DNA of 64,000 nucleotides. It comes from Adineta vaga. Its lineage: Eukaryota > Animalia > Rotifera. Below the pieces are notes generated by a model. It was not told where the DNA came from and did not search any database. It saw only the letters and a program-made list of their open reading frames with translations. The position numbers and the translations under genes were made by a program. The first letter of the stretch is position 1. Each line of letters starts with the position of its first letter. Shown piece after piece: positions 41,274 through 54,193 of the stretch. The stretch lies in contig CP075492.1 of NCBI GenBank assembly GCA_021613535.1, positions 868,001-932,000 on the forward strand, written 5' to 3'.

Positions 41274-42221
41274 ATGAGCAATTTAACTAATGAAATCACG
41301 TCTCTCAATTTAATAGCTCGAAATATTTTAGTTTTTGGTGGAACATCACTCTTCATCCTTGGTATTATTGGTAATTCTATCAATATTGTGGTATTTTCTT
41401 CATTTTCACAATTCAATAAAGGATCAACACCAATCTTTCTACTATTTTCATTTCTTGGAAGTCAAACAACACTTCTCACTGGTTTATTACCTCAATTAAT
41501 CTATACATTGAGTGGAACTAATCCACTTGTTATTGATCTTATTATTTGTAAATTACGATGGTTTATTGGCCCTAGTAGTGCAACTATTGCATTACATTGT
41601 TTCATTTTAGCAGCTATTAATCAATATTTATTAACCTCTCGTCACATTCGATGTCATCATTGGATCACTCGAAGACGAGCTTTTATAATGTGTTTATTTG
41701 TTATCATTTATTCTCTTGGATTATTTAGCTCGAATTGTGTTTATTACACACATACACAAAATTCCATTAATATGACACAATGTGATATACCAAATATAAT
41801 AGCTGCAACATATAATATATATAATGGTTTAGTTACCTATAGTCTACTTTCCATCTTTGTTTTATCGATATTTTCATTTCTTACATGGCAAAATATTCGA
41901 AATAAAATAGTTCGACGTTCACAGATCGAAAAGGCACTAACACGTTTATTACTTGCACAAATAATAGTAGTCCTATTAACATCGCTTGGTTTTGTTATAC
42001 AACGAATGTATACACTTTATACAAGAGATCTGCCGAAGAATGCACTTCAAATTGCTCAAGAAAATATTGCTTCAAGTGTATTTGCAATAATTGGTTATAT
42101 TATTCATACATTTTCATTTCCAACATATTTTTTAAATTCAAAAATGTTTCGTAACAATATTTTATCTTCAATATTAAAAAGAAACCATCGAATTGAACCT
42201 ACTATTCCGCCAAACACATAA
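41274..42221 (+). CDS. intronless rhodopsin-like (class A) GPCR
   Basis: GIIGNSINIVVF, ICKLRWF, AAINQY and YFLNSKMFR motifs; C-terminal RIEP shared with the GPCR at 25542. Confidence 0.88.
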   Translation: MSNLTNEITSLNLIARNILVFGGTSLFILGIIGNSINIVVFSSFSQFNKGSTPIFLLFSFLGSQTTLLTGLLPQLIYTLSGTNPLVIDLIICKLRWFIGPSSATIALHCFILAAINQYLLTSRHIRCHHWITRRRAFIMCLFVIIYSLGLFSSNCVYYTHTQNSINMTQCDIPNIIAATYNIYNGLVTYSLLSIFVLSIFSFLTWQNIRNKIVRRSQIEKALTRLLLAQIIVVLLTSLGFVIQRMYTLYTRDLPKNALQIAQENIASSVFAIIGYIIHTFSFPTYFLNSKMFRNNILSSILKRNHRIEPTIPPNT

Positions 42222-42341
42222 CTAAAAAAAACAGACTCTTTATCAATTATAGTTTTCATTGTTGTTCGTAGATAATTGTAACATAACACTTCGAAATAAC
42301 ATGCAGATTATTTGAAAAATTTTACTTAAGTATTAAAAAAA

Positions 42342-42398
42342 TCTTGAGGGTGTGTGTGTGAGGGTGTATCATCTTCATTGACACTCACACCCTCAAGA
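42342..42398. repeat. telomere-repeat hairpin element
   Basis: TCTTGAGGGTGTGTGTG...CACTCACACCCTCAAGA. Confidence 0.8.
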
Positions 42399-42433
42399 GT
42401 ATATATCGATCATGTTCTTTAATAGTTTATTTT

Positions 42434-42790
42434 CTATTGACATTCCATTGGAATTTCCATGCTGGAAATTCTATCAGCCTCATTGAAGTAGAAAAGTGCT
42501 TTCGCTTTTTGATTTTGTTTATAATAGGTCCATCCTATGAATACATCCATCAAATGATTTGTATATCCAACTTTAGTCAATTGAAGAAGACTCTCCATTG
42601 CAATATGATAAGCTCCATCAGCGATAGAATGTTCAGCTAGTAAATAATAGTGCTTGATCAGATCGAATCCTGAAAAAATAGTTTTGCAATTTTGTCCAAA
42701 AGTTGACCTTATATCTTGACTTTTTTCCTCATCAGATAATTTTTCATAATAATCTAAGGTTTCTAATAGCTTATAAGCCACAAACTCAAT
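42434..42790 (-). pseudogene. TPR-like C-terminal gene fragment
   Basis: IGWTYYKQNQKAKALFYFNEA; the ORF's N-terminus is just the translated hairpin. Confidence 0.45.
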
Positions 42791-42861
42791 TGATGGGTGT
42801 GGGTGTGGATGAGGATGGGTAATATTCTTCTTTTTACCCTCACCCTCACCCACCCATACCC
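42790..42861. repeat. telomere-repeat hairpin element
   Basis: Near reverse complement of the 39381 copy, including the spacer AAGAAGAATATTACCCATCCTC. Confidence 0.75.
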
Positions 42862-42881
42862 TACACCAGATGAGATATATA

Positions 42882-42911
42882 CAGTGGTGTGAAAAATTAT
42901 AGAATCACTTC
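42882..42911 (+). mobile_element. isolated Tc1-like terminus
   Basis: TA|CAGTGGTGTGAAAAA; no partner end seen. Confidence 0.4.
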
Positions 42912-42984
42912 ACTTTTTATCTTTTTTTTATATCGAGTCGACTTTGGTTTGGATTGTAAACTATATATATATATATATATATAT

Positions 42985-45900
42985 CGGCCTTTCCAAATAT
43001 AACGCGATGACGTTTTGTCCGCAATTTCTCAAATTTTTCTTGGTTATTGTGATATGTAAGAAGGTCGTTCTTTCATTGGAAGATACATCGCTTCGGCCCT
43101 CTATGCTACTGAAAGTACGAGCTAATTTGAATAAAGTATCTGAAAACTGCAAGGAAAATAGTTGAACAAACGCGATGATGGAATAGGGACAAGAAATCGA
43201 GGGTGATCTCTTCACGCTTTATTTTTCTGCGCATGTGTACATTATTCAGGAAAATGTTTGTCAGACATTTAGTAGAGGACACTTTAAGCTACTCGATAAA
43301 ACAACCAAAATATCAAATCGAAGTACTACTAGTATTATAAACCGTTTTCATGAATGTAACGCGATGATGGTTTCGTTACGCGATGACACTAGCTTTTATT
43401 AAAAAAGATTTTTTACCTTTTTGTCTCACTAAATAACTAAAAACTTAGAGACAGGATCATATTTAATTTTCATTAGTGATAGTTAGCAGATGTGAAGTCT
43501 TCTATTTATTAACTGTTTTCAATAATAAAACAAAAAAAACAAATCATGTTGAATTATATCGTGAGTAATAAGCATAAAAAACTATAGAAGAAAGGAAAAG
43601 CTTTTCATTCTTTTAATAAACACAGCTATAATATATAATTCTTATTATCATCCATAGTAATAATGAATAAGATAAAATAGAAGAACAAAATATGGCATGA
43701 TAACAATATAGTCTTACAATATAAATAAAATATTTCATAAAAAAGGAAAAGTTTTCATCTAATATACACAAGTACCAATTGTAGTTCTCAAAATCGATGA
43801 GCTTTTGTCGTTTTACTATTTGCATAATATTGATATTCAATTGAATTATTTGTAATCACTTTAACTGAATGTATTTTTTTCGTTTCTGGTACTGGTTTCA
43901 ATGATTGAAATACTTGTTCCATTTGGGCCTTTGAATTATCAATACGATATTGTTCTACTTCAGCAAATTCGATTGTATCTGTTTTCGATCGAGCAATATT
44001 TATAAAGTCAGCAGCAGATTCACATTTTTGTCCACTTAAAGTAGCACGATATACAAGACGTTTAGCCGAACCTCCTAATCCATCTACAACCCCCTTTCCG
44101 CGGGAGGTTGCAAAATAATTCCAAGATAATCCAATCTAAAATAATCAAAGAATATTACGGTATAATATTTATTCAAAAAGTGACTTCAGCACCTACTTGA
44201 AATTGTTCAGCTAAACGACAAGTTTCTAAACAAGAATTTTTGCTTGAACTGTTGTGCAGCTCCATCAGAAAACATATGAACTTGTTTCAAGTGTTGGAAT
44301 TTGGCTTTAAGTTTGGTAAATAAAAGATCCATTGTTGCACTGATACAGTATTTATCATGTGACACATTATTTGAAATAAAAACGAATGAAGAACCACCAC
44401 CCGAATGCCATGCATAGCAGGTAAAAAGTGAAACAGCATGATTAGTATAAAAATATCCTTGTACTGCATCTTGAACATTAATCTTGAAATTCTCGCTATA
44501 ATCAACTTGAATAGTAATAGATTCATCATCTGATTGTAATTTCAATGTTTCAAAATGTGCTGCTTGTCTTCTCTTGATGAAAACATGAATCAAGAACGAT
44601 GGTAATTGTTCTTTCAATGTTCTCAAGCATTTCTGTACAGTATCTTCAAATTCTTGTTTTTTCAAATATCCGTTAGAAGATATCCATTGAAACCATTGAA
44701 TTTTTTGTGTTAGATTATTCACGTTGTTCTGAATTTTAATATTAAAATTATTATTACACAGTAAACAATGACCAAACATACAATCTTCATTTTCTTCATC
44801 ACACACAAGTGCTGTCACAAATGCTTGAATTGTACTTAAATCAATAGAATTAACATATTTGACCAGTGTTTTCAGTAATAAATTGATGTTCTCGTGATGG
44901 GAACAAACGCAGCTACGATGAGACATATGTGAATTGAATAAGACATTCAATGGACGTAAATTACCAAATGAATTTACTGATAAAGACGATCTTGTAATAT
45001 TATTATCAGATAAGAATAATTTGTATGTTTCTTGGATGGTGTTCAATAGAATTCTTTTCTGTAATGTTAATTTTTCCCCATTATCACCTTTCACTGTGAT
45101 GCAATCTCTTTTACCAGGCATCTGGTAGCTGATATCATCACGTCCATAACATTCAATGATAGATTCTCTTAATTCAATTGGAAGTTGTCGTTGTGGACGT
45201 TCATGTTGATTTCTTGTTTTAGGAATAATTTCAAGGGATTGTGCTAAATGACGAACTAAATCAATACGTTTATTTGTGTCTTTTGGTAATGGCTGTTCAA
45301 CACGCTTAATTGCTTTGCCAAACGATTGACGACTTTTATAAGTTGATGATTGTCCATTATTTAAACGTTTTGATTTTAAACTATTACGATATTTTTTTGC
45401 TGCTCGTTTTTGTCGAAGGCGAAGTTCTTCTAATGCACCACCTGGTAAGTGTTTACGTCTCGCATTATCTCGTATATGAGATTTCTGTTTTGTTTGTTCG
45501 AATTTCACTTTATCTTTTGATAGGTTTGCACGATAAAGCTTTTGCCTTTCAGCATTAGATTTGGCCATTTCTTTCAACTTTTAGAGTTCTAATGAGCAAA
45601 TACTTCGTGATAAATTTTAAATTAATAGTAATGGTTGTATGAAAACTACTTCCAGATGTTCGTTTTAGAAAGTATAGAGATTAAAATTATCTTTAGAATA
45701 AAACGTGATCCGTTTTTAAAAAAATTGAATTTTGATTGGTAGCTATAGTTGTAATCGAGCTTTATTCGCCGAAACCAATCGAAAATTTTCTGATAAGAAT
45801 TTTAATCACAAGTATTTAATTATAAAAATCACCAACTCGAAGATTACGTCGATTTTAAGTGATAAATCATCGCTTAAAACCTGTTTTTTTATTACTATGA

Positions 45901-46100
45901 AAAATTACGAAATCGATAAAAAACGTCATCGCGTTACATAAAATTATTTTATAAAGAAACTTTTTCTCATACAAATATGTGCATTAGATAGCCCATAAAA
46001 AATTAGCTTTAAACATTTTATTTTTGCGAAATATAGTCCACTAAGAAAGCTAGAAAAAAAACAATACTCAATTTTTGTTACGCGATGACGTTTACCAACA
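42985..46100 (-). mobile_element. Sola2-like DNA transposon; transposase pseudogene 45577-43788
   Basis: VDYSENF, FSDGAAQQFK and (last exon) WNYFATSRGKGVVDGLGG motifs. Frameshift at ~44218, intron ~44197-44138. ACGCGATGA subterminal motifs. Left end lies next to (TA)n; right end not identified. Confidence 0.72.
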
Positions 46101-46632
46101 TGACAGTTTCATTCTCACCCCGGTAGAAAAGTAAAAGACATACGAAATCAATCGTTTCGCTAACTGATACTCCTAATGTCACATACTTTTTTCGTCTTAG
46201 TCAGTATTGTATATATTGAGTTGCTAGGATACAACAGCCAGTTAATTATATGACTCGAATTGAGAAGTTTTCATCATCTACTAGCGACATCTCTATAGTA
46301 GTTTACCAAATGAGATTTAAATCGCATATTAATCGAACAGAATATGTTTTTGTACACTTCAAGATGTGCTCTACAAAATGAGAATAGTCAGTTGCGGAAT
46401 CGATGATATCAAACTTCCGGTCAGTCAGTTGACGCGTTACGTGGAAAAGCCGATTACCTTCAAATATTTTCATCAACGAAGGATAACGACATCTCATTTC
46501 ACTAATAACAATAATTAGTTTTCGTTTCATTCTGTTGGATATTTACTTACCTACTCACATACCTTATTATTCACGTTGGGAGGAAAACATAAATGTTAGA
46601 CTTTCCAACATAGATTCATTTCCTTGAATCTC

Positions 46633-47800
46633 ATGGACACATTACCTGTGGAATTATTATATCTTATTTTTTGATCATCTCGATGCAGAAACAATCATAT
46701 TTTCAATACGACCTTTGTCTCGATTACTTTATTCCGTAGTAAATTCATAAGAACGATTTAAGATGAATTTAACTTATGTTTCACAATCACATTTTCATTT
46801 ACTTTGTCGAATGATTTCGATGTATCGAAAAAAAATCGATTCATTTCTTCGATATGTTCATCATCGGCGACATTTTAAGCGACTTTGATCGTTAACTCTT
46901 GATTATATTGATGAAAATCAGATATACTGATCAACGACGTGTCAGAACAACGAGAAGACATCTTACATTGATCATTGCACAATCAGAACTTCGCCAATTA
47001 CAATTTTCACTAAATGGATATGGAATATCTAGAGTTGATTGGCCAAACACGTCAACGATTCGATACTTGACGATAGGTGATTATTCATTAAAATGAATGA
47101 GCTGTGTAGAATACTTCAATGCTCTCCTGATTTACACACAATTATTCTAAAAGGAGGCTTTTATAAATGGAGTCAAAATAATGTATCAACATCTGACGGT
47201 TTCCGTACTTTTGAGCAACTATAATCTCTAACTATTGAAGTATTGAACATAACTATTGATGGACTTGAATCATTTCTTTTAACAATACCTTCGTTATGGA
47301 CGAAATTCTATGGATGATGGTCATCGATGGAAGCAAGTCATTCAAAACTATTTAGCACAACTGAATAAATTTGAGTTTTATTTTAATGAAAATTCTAATG
47401 TTAGGAAAACGTTAGAAGAACTTGAGTCAATTAATTCATCATTTCAGACACCATATTTTGTCTTGAACATAAGAAATGGTTTGTTGTTTGTGAATATAAA
47501 GTTAATGACTCATCCTGTTTTTATCTATATACTGCGTACCGATATGTACAACTACATTTAGATATCAATCAGAATTCGAACGATTTCCTTCATCTGCTTT
47601 AACTTTCGTAACAATGAACAATAATGTCAGATCAATTACTTTTTTTCGCGATAAAGGTACTATCGATGGCATAGAAGAAGAAGTAGGTAACATTTAATCG
47701 AATCTAAATCATATTTATCTATTTTCATTTCTAGAAAACAAATACAAATTCTTTCTACTCTAATAAAATGACTATTCTCAGTCTTATCCTATCTTAAAAT
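46633..47800 (+). pseudogene. F-box/LRR protein pseudogene
   Basis: MDTLPVELLYLIFDHLD F-box; DGHRWKQVIQNYLAQLNKFEFYF; many stops and frameshifts. Confidence 0.7.
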
Positions 47801-47933
47801 TGTTCTTTATGATCATTTTCAACTATGTATTCAATGATTGACATTAAAAAAATAGTACAAATTACATTAGATGGTTTTTATTTTAGTACGTATGAAATAG
47901 ATATATGGGAGAATATTGGTATCTGTCTGGAAC

Positions 47934-47988
47934 TAGAGATGTAACAATACCAATAGTCCAATACCGTATTGGTATTGTTACATCCCTA
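47934..47988. mobile_element. 55-bp hAT-like mini hairpin
   Basis: TAGAGATGTAACAATACCAATA / TATTGGTATTGTTACATCCCTA; no TSD. Confidence 0.6.
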
Positions 47989-50159
47989 AATATGTTCTAG
48001 TAAAGCAATACTTTGGTTTAATAATTGTGATCAAATCACTGTTTGGCTTGGAAAGAAAAACATTCAATCAACAGAGAACATGATGCGAAATAAACGAACC
48101 AAAATTCATTTATAATCAAGATGTGTATAATAAGTACTTAATTTACATTTAATTTAATTTAATTTCTCTGATTTTTTAAAAGTTTTCTCGAAATAATAAA
48201 AGAAAAATCAGGTTCACTCTAATTTTTGTGGACGTGTGTTTAAAGACAAAATGCTCTCGTGTTCAATCACATCATCAATATATTATTTGGAGCATAAAAC
48301 TTGAAAATGTCTCTATCGTTGATGAAAAAACAATTCATTTACTTGAACCATAGTGAAGAAAATCACTATTTTTGTTGATACTAACACTTATTATTATACT
48401 TTAATTAAAAGTGCAACATTCACAACCGTGTCACATATTCCACGTTTTGAAGGTGCACTTTCATCTCTTTCAGGAGACATGAAATTGTACATTGATTGTT
48501 TAGAATTGAATGATTTTTTTCAATAAGATGAGAATATTGTTAAACATTATATTTGATTGATGAATATGACGATTGTTAATAATTGGAATAATTTTTTTGT
48601 TTTTCGACAACAAAAATGAATTTGTGATGTTAAATAAATTAGAGCTAAACTTAATTTGAAAACACATATGAATATACTTAATATAAGAATATGATAAAAA
48701 CAATTAATAGATTCATTTGTAAAAGCTAAAAATTAATAATAACAATACAGTTTGAAATACCATAGATACTTAAGATTAAAATAAGAATTAATCATATCAA
48801 AATATAACGAGATTGTTTAATTTAAAAAAAATAATTAAATTGAATATAAATCAATGTTATTAATAATCAAAGATTTAATAAAAAGAAAAAGAAACGAATA
48901 AATGAATTGAATTTTTAATTAATATGCACAAAAATTTAAAAGATATTTTTTAATAATATAAATAATACGGTAAAAACAAAAAATAATCTAAAAAAATTCA
49001 ATTTTTATTTTGTGGAAAAAAAGAAATAAAATAATAGAATTATTTGTATAAAAATGTAATTGAATATTATATAAAGAGTTTTTTGTCGTAATAAAATATA
49101 TATTAATATCATCATTTTGTTTTTATTGTATTTAATATATTTATTAGAAAAATATATATTTTCTTATTCATTGAAATAAAATAAAATGAATAATGAAGAA
49201 AATCTTACTGAATTTATATTTCTTCTGAAAGAAAAGAATCTCAATCAAAGTGACATATGAAAACTTAATCTTCTTCATAAGAAATTCAGTTTTATTTTCA
49301 TTAATCCTCTATTACCATTCTCATTTTATGATTTCAACAATGTGTTGGAATCTGCGTCGACTCATTTATTAAAATTTTACGAAATCATACTTTTTATATT
49401 ATGTAGTTTAATCATTCTTTTAATAAAATAATGTAATGATCAATATCAAATTAAAAAATTAGGTATTCATTTTATTTGTTCAGTAAACTATTACATTTAT
49501 ATCATAATATTTATTATTTTATAACATTTCTCGATTTTCGTATATATTTAGACTTATAGTTTATAATTATTAATACGTCTATTCAATACATTATCGATGT
49601 AAAAAAAACTAAGCTAAAAAACTGTTGAAATGTGTTATCTACTGTATTTTAATTGATGCCAAGTGAAAGGATTGAATAATATTAAGATTTCGGGTATATT
49701 TCATCAGAAAATGTTGCATTGAATGAAATTTTGCAGAAAAATCTATTCTAAACGAATTTTTAATAATGTTTTTCTACATAAAGATTTTTAGATTAGTATT
49801 AAAAGAAAAAAACTTTTTTTTTCGTTTCTTCTCTATAAATAATGAATTAGAGAACAGAATGATTACTCTTTTGCATTGTCAAGTTTTATAGTCGCAAATA
49901 TTCTTTGTGATAATTTGTTTTCTTTCTCTATAACATTTGAAAACTTGTTGCATAGTAAAGAATCAATAATCATATTTATATTGATGTTCTTGGTTACTTT
50001 ATTTTCTATACTAAATAAATACAGAAGAAGATTGAAGAAGACGAAAAAAAAACAATAAATGCAAAATAAAAATATCTTGTCATTAAAGTTTGTCTTTCTC
50101 TTTGAATTATATGATATTATAACAGAATTTAGTTGTATATGAAGATATTTTTGTTAGAT

Positions 50160-50390
50160 TTAAGGTGTTGGTGCGAGAAATGCTGCTACACAGACTATAC
50201 ATGGTGGTGCTGTACCAAGGGTTCCTATACAGCTAGCAACACATCCTAAACCAGGCAAACCGCCAGCCAGTATCAATGGACTACAGCAAAGGGCACAGCA
50301 AGTATTGCCAGCCACTGGACCAGCAAAATTGTTTTGAATTCGGACTGTAAAAATAAGAAAAGACAATAGAATGGATAAAGAAGCATTCAT
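50160..50390 (-). CDS. small secreted Cys-rich peptide (GP...LAPTP type), 76 aa
   Basis: MNASLSILLSFLIFTVRIQNNFA leader; mature GPVAGNTCCALCC...CIVCVAAFLAPTP with 8 Cys; GC-richer than its flanks. Confidence 0.75.
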   Translation of the reverse strand: MNASLSILLSFLIFTVRIQNNFAGPVAGNTCCALCCSPLILAGGLPGLGCVASCIGTLGTAPPCIVCVAAFLAPTP

Positions 50391-50726
50391 TGTTAATGAA
50401 GATTTGTAAATAAGAATTGCAATAATACCAATCGACATTAAAGCCAATGCAGATATAATATATATATATATATATACATACATACAGGACACGAGAGAAA
50501 AGAATTACACAATACAAAGATTAAGGGAATAAAATCTCCTAATAATACGTAAGAATAGCGTAATGAGTTTTTTCCTTTCAAAATTACTTTAAACATAAGA
50601 AAGTGTAATATAATAAAATGATATCATCGTCCATATACATTTCATATCCTGAGTATGATACAATTCAGCAAAAGTATAATAAAATTTATAATAATGATGA
50701 CATGAGATTTAATATAAATAATATAA

Positions 50727-51083
50727 ATATAACGAAGAACGAGATTTTAATGAAAATATAAAGACTTTTATTAAACAAGAATTTTCGATCTTGTTTGAAG
50801 ATCATTATCAACTATAACACAAACACAATTCAATGAAAATACAGATGTTACAAATATAAATTAGAACAAAACATGAAAATTTGATGTTGAGAAAACCATA
50901 TCGAACTAATTTGGTTATTTTCAATGAATTAAACTTCAACTTGACATCAGTAACTAATCATAACCATTGACATAGATTGACTTGTGTTTGTGTTATAGTT
51001 GATAATGATCTTCAAATAAGGTTGAATATTCCTGTTTAATAAAAGTCTTTACATTTTCATTAAAACCTCGTTCTTCGTTATAT
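50727..51083. mobile_element. MITE-like inverted repeat (~105-bp arms)
   Basis: ATATAACGAAGAACGAG...TATAACACAAACACAA is mirrored at ~50982-51083. Confidence 0.8.
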
Positions 51084-52107
51084 TATATAAACAACTACCT
51101 CATAGACCGCTAAAACCGCTATATGATCAATACTCTTGTATATAACTTAGCTAATATAATTTATGTAATTTATTATTTTGTCACAAATCAGGCATTTATT
51201 TCCAAAACTATTTTGCCACAAAATCATATTCCCCAGCTTATGCGCATGTTTTGCTGAAACACACAGTATATATATAGATACCTATTTTGTTTTTCTCATA
51301 GACTTTTCCTAGAATTGCTCCCAGGTTTTCTTCTAGAAAAAGTCTCTAAAATCCTGTGAAATCCTAGCGCTTCTATGGCAATCTGCGGATTATGACGGTC
51401 GACCTGGGAATATTAATGTAATGGATGATATCAAACCTGCAATAAAATCTTGAAGAATGTAAAGAATTACGACAATTGCAATAGTCCAAATAAGCACATT
51501 TTGTTGGAATATCATTTCAAAGAGGGAATTTTTCTCATGTACTACATTTGAGTTCGTGTTGTTTCATTAATTTATTCTTCTATAGACAAGTAATTTATTT
51601 ATTTTTCATTTTAGTCATATACTTCATATGGATTGTTGCAAATTACACATATCGTACTGCATAGAATTTAGGGCGCCACGATTTAAGTGAACCGACATCT
51701 GAGTAGATATAAAATATTGAAATTAATTCTCCTAGGTACGACATAATGGTGATTTATCGATTGGTTAAAACGATATCGACACGTCATACATAAAACACAA
51801 AGAATATTCTCGAAATTAGTGTGTAAAAGAATCATTGAAACTCATTGTTTTCTCCTGGCGAAAGACAATATTCGAATCATATTCATCCATATATTGTATC
51901 TCGATGTGCATTCGGTGTCGTAAAGTTTTGTCTGCATGTGCACAGAGATTACTTTTTTATTCGTTCTGAATTTTTTGTCCCTTCGAAGACATTGTCACTT
52001 TCTCTTTCGATTTTATATTGCTGAGCAAAAGAATTTACTAAAAGAATGTCATTTTTTAGATTTTCATTATTTCAAAGAAAATAAACACTATACTCACTTA
52101 CTCAACG

Positions 52108-53960
52108 ATGACAGAGGAACACATATCAAAAGCTCCATCTGGTATAAAAATTTACTTAAATCATCGATGGAATTTATTTCGAACTGGATATCTTATATTA
52201 ACATGGATTATATTTGTAAGTTTCACCATAGTCTAGACGATTTCATCAAACTCACATAATGCTTTGCTCATTATCAAAACAAATTTTGTTAATGTTTCAG
52301 AGCTTTCATCTGGAAATAATTGGTCCAACAATGGCAATACTTGCATCCAATATGCAAGTAACCTATAGTGGTATGGGTACGGTACTTGCCTTGAGAAATG
52401 CCGGATATTTAATTGGAAATCTTTTTGGTGCTGTTTTACAAACTATTGTTAAAAATCATTCTGAAGGTCTTCTCTTTGTTGCATTCATTTTACCTGCTAT
52501 TGGTAAAAGACAATAGAAACAAAATCTTTTTTAACTCATTTTCTATTCAGTGATGTTTGCAACTCCACATGTAACATCATTGATAATAATGTGTATTTTG
52601 TCTTTTATTCACGGACTTTCGAAAGCTTTCACAGATTTAGGTAAATTGAAGGTTTTTTTTTGTTGAAATAAGTTGCATTTGGATGAATTTATAGGTGGAA
52701 ATAATCTTTTATTACAAATGTGGGGTATACATGCGGCAGCACCATTGAATGCAGTTCATTTAGGATATGGTCTTGGTGCTATTTTTATTAATTTACTTGT
52801 TCGTCCATTTATTACAAAGAAAGCTTCCTCAAGTGATAATCCAAATATTATCATTCCATATTCAGTTGCTGCCGGTCTATGTTTTTTAATTTCACTCGGA
52901 CATTTAATATTTTATATAGTAAAAGTAACACATCGACGACAAAAAGTACAAGTACAAGAACAACAAGAGGTAAATAGATAGAATGAGAAAAAATTACTAA
53001 AAAACAATCTTAAGAAGGTTGAATCTGATCATTCTTCAAATATATCTGATATATTAAGGTTGACTATACTGCTGCAAACACTAATCCAGTCAATATTGTT
53101 AATCATTCAATAGATATAAAAAATTATTCTCCATATTCTCCTCGAACATGTGGTCGTGGAGATTTTCAATATGGATTAATTCTTTCTATGATATTCATAA
53201 TTTATACATTTTCTATCGGTGGTAGTTCTCAAACATTTTCAAAATTCTTTTTCTCTTATCTTCAATCGGACCAATTCAATCTTTCAACTGAAAATGCAAG
53301 TTGGGGAATGATTCTCTTTTGGTTTTCATTTTCGGTAAGTATCGAAACAGTCGAGTATTAAAAAAAGTCTTCACTATAGTTCTAATCGAAAGTTTGTTCG
53401 ATGAATCACTTATATGAAAACAATTTTGTTGAAAAATAGGTTGGACGATTGATATTTGCCACCGTATCTGTGTATGTGTCCGTAAATAAATGTCTGAATA
53501 TTATCTGGTTTGGAGCTTTATGTCTTTCTATCGCTTGGCTTATTTTTGTTTGGGTGATTGGTTTAACATTTGCCAGTTTATTGGTACTTGGTGCAATAAC
53601 TGGTTTAATATTTTCACCAATGTTTCCATTATCATTTGCATTTTTTAATCAAAGATTAAATGTTATTCCCATGCTTCTTGCTTTACTTCTATCTGGAACG
53701 GCATCTGGTGCAATGACGCTGAATAAAATAGCAGGTCAATTTTTGAAATGATAGATTAAACTTATTTCTTTGTCAATGTTTAAGGTTCAGTAATGGACTA
53801 CAATCCAAAACATTTTCCAACGCTTTTAGCTGTTTGTATATTAATGGCAGTTATTCTTTATATTATTTCACATCTTGTTTACTATTTTCATCAACGAAAT
53901 CGAGTGCACAATGATCAAATTCATTCTCCTCAATGCTTCAATGAAGAAGAGGAGAATTAA
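52108..53960 (+). CDS. MFS transporter (MFSD4/NaGLT1-like), 7 exons
   Basis: ATG at 52108; exons joined by GT-AG introns; IIGPT, GGNNLLLQMWG, HLGYGLGA, VGRL and FSPMFP motifs; stop TAA at 53960. Confidence 0.85.
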
Positions 53961-54193
53961 AACAAAAGTTTTCCGGACAAAACCGAATCTGTTCATTTCA
54001 AAATTGTTGAATTAATAAGACATTATAATATGACGCACTCTTAATTTTAGTTCTAAAATAAATTTCTATATACTTATATCTAAACATGCGGACCATGAGA
54101 CGTGTTATCATACATACATACATACTTTAGGAAGAGTCTCCTTCTGGAGAAAAGAAAGAATAAATACATCTCGTTCTAGATATACATACGTAT

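Noticed and set aside
42342-42398. Hairpins as independent telomere-fusion scars
   Set aside because: Shared non-telomeric ends (CTTGAG/CTCAAG) and shared spacers between copies point to a replicated family rather than independent fusions
48430-48703. Possible TIR-domain fragment (FLSYS)
   Set aside because: Too short and degenerate in very AT-rich DNA to support a call
51320-51408. CCCAGGT...ACCTGGG possible mini-MITE
   Set aside because: Only a 7-8 bp inverted match and no TSD
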